Shown piece by piece: positions 25,697-25,790 of a stretch of DNA of 25,790 nucleotides. The DNA is from Deltaproteobacteria bacterium. Its GTDB lineage: Bacteria > Desulfobacterota > Binatia > UBA12015. The position numbers were made by a program, and so were the translations under genes. The stretch is taken from the NCBI GenBank assembly GCA_046583355.1, contig JAYGCM010000082.1, positions 1 to 25,790 on the forward strand, read 5' to 3'. Under the pieces are notes generated by a model. It was not told the origin of the DNA. It saw only the letters and a list, made by a program, of their open reading frames with translations, and searched no databases. Numbering within the stretch: the first letter of the stretch is position 1; every line of letters starts with the position of its first letter.

Positions 25697-25790
25697 ACCA
25701 ACAACCGCCTACAGGCGGCTGGCAGGAACGCGTCGCACAGGCCGTTACGACTTGGCCGCGTACAACATTGCTCCTCCTCCTTGCCGTCGT
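25693..25790 (+). CDS. Partial CDS running off the window; N-terminus of a membrane protein, possibly MMPL/RND-type
   Basis: ATGA overlap with the previous stop; reads MNQQPPTGGWQERVAQAVTTWPRTTLLLLLAV, an amphipathic helix followed by P-R and a hydrophobic run. Only 32 codons are visible. Confidence 0.55.
   Translation, partial: MNQQPPTGGWQERVAQAVTTWPRTTLLLLLAV

Noticed and set aside
1..25790. CRISPR arrays, tRNA/rRNA genes, IS or prophage genes, known anti-phage defence operons
   Set aside because: No spaced direct repeats, RNA-gene signatures, transposase or integrase motifs, or defence-domain motifs were seen by eye.

Overview
GC-rich, gene-dense bacterial chromosomal window from a diderm organism (it has a TonB-dependent receptor). 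The lipid-metabolism, DUF3604 and GST gene content resembles Binatia/Myxococcota-like environmental lineages, which is inference only. In order: a SnoaL/NTF2-like gene; an alpha/beta-hydrolase coupled to a hydrolase-fold partner lacking the catalytic Ser; a minus-strand block of mmcQ/yjbR-like gene, PQQ-type dehydrogenase-cytochrome c fusion, recC, recB and recD; an acyl-CoA ligase coupled to a WS/DGAT homolog without its HHxxxDG motif; a DsbA/YjbH-like gene without CxxC; a small VTT/DedA-like gene that looks internally deleted; a tandem VOC protein; a GST; a DUF3604 protein; and a YncD/PqqU-like TonB-dependent receptor. At the right end begins a translationally coupled operon encoding a heme-oxygenase-like diiron enzyme, a FeeM/LuxI-type acyltransferase fused to a cNMP-binding domain, and a truncated membrane protein, preceded by a palindromic operator-like site. 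This operon is the best candidate for an undescribed system (a regulated N-acyl-amide lipid or signal pathway). The second most striking observation is a RecB that appears to lack about 100 residues of the DNA-binding arm. No rRNA, tRNA, CRISPR array or mobile element was seen. All family assignments come from motif recognition by eye, not database searches.
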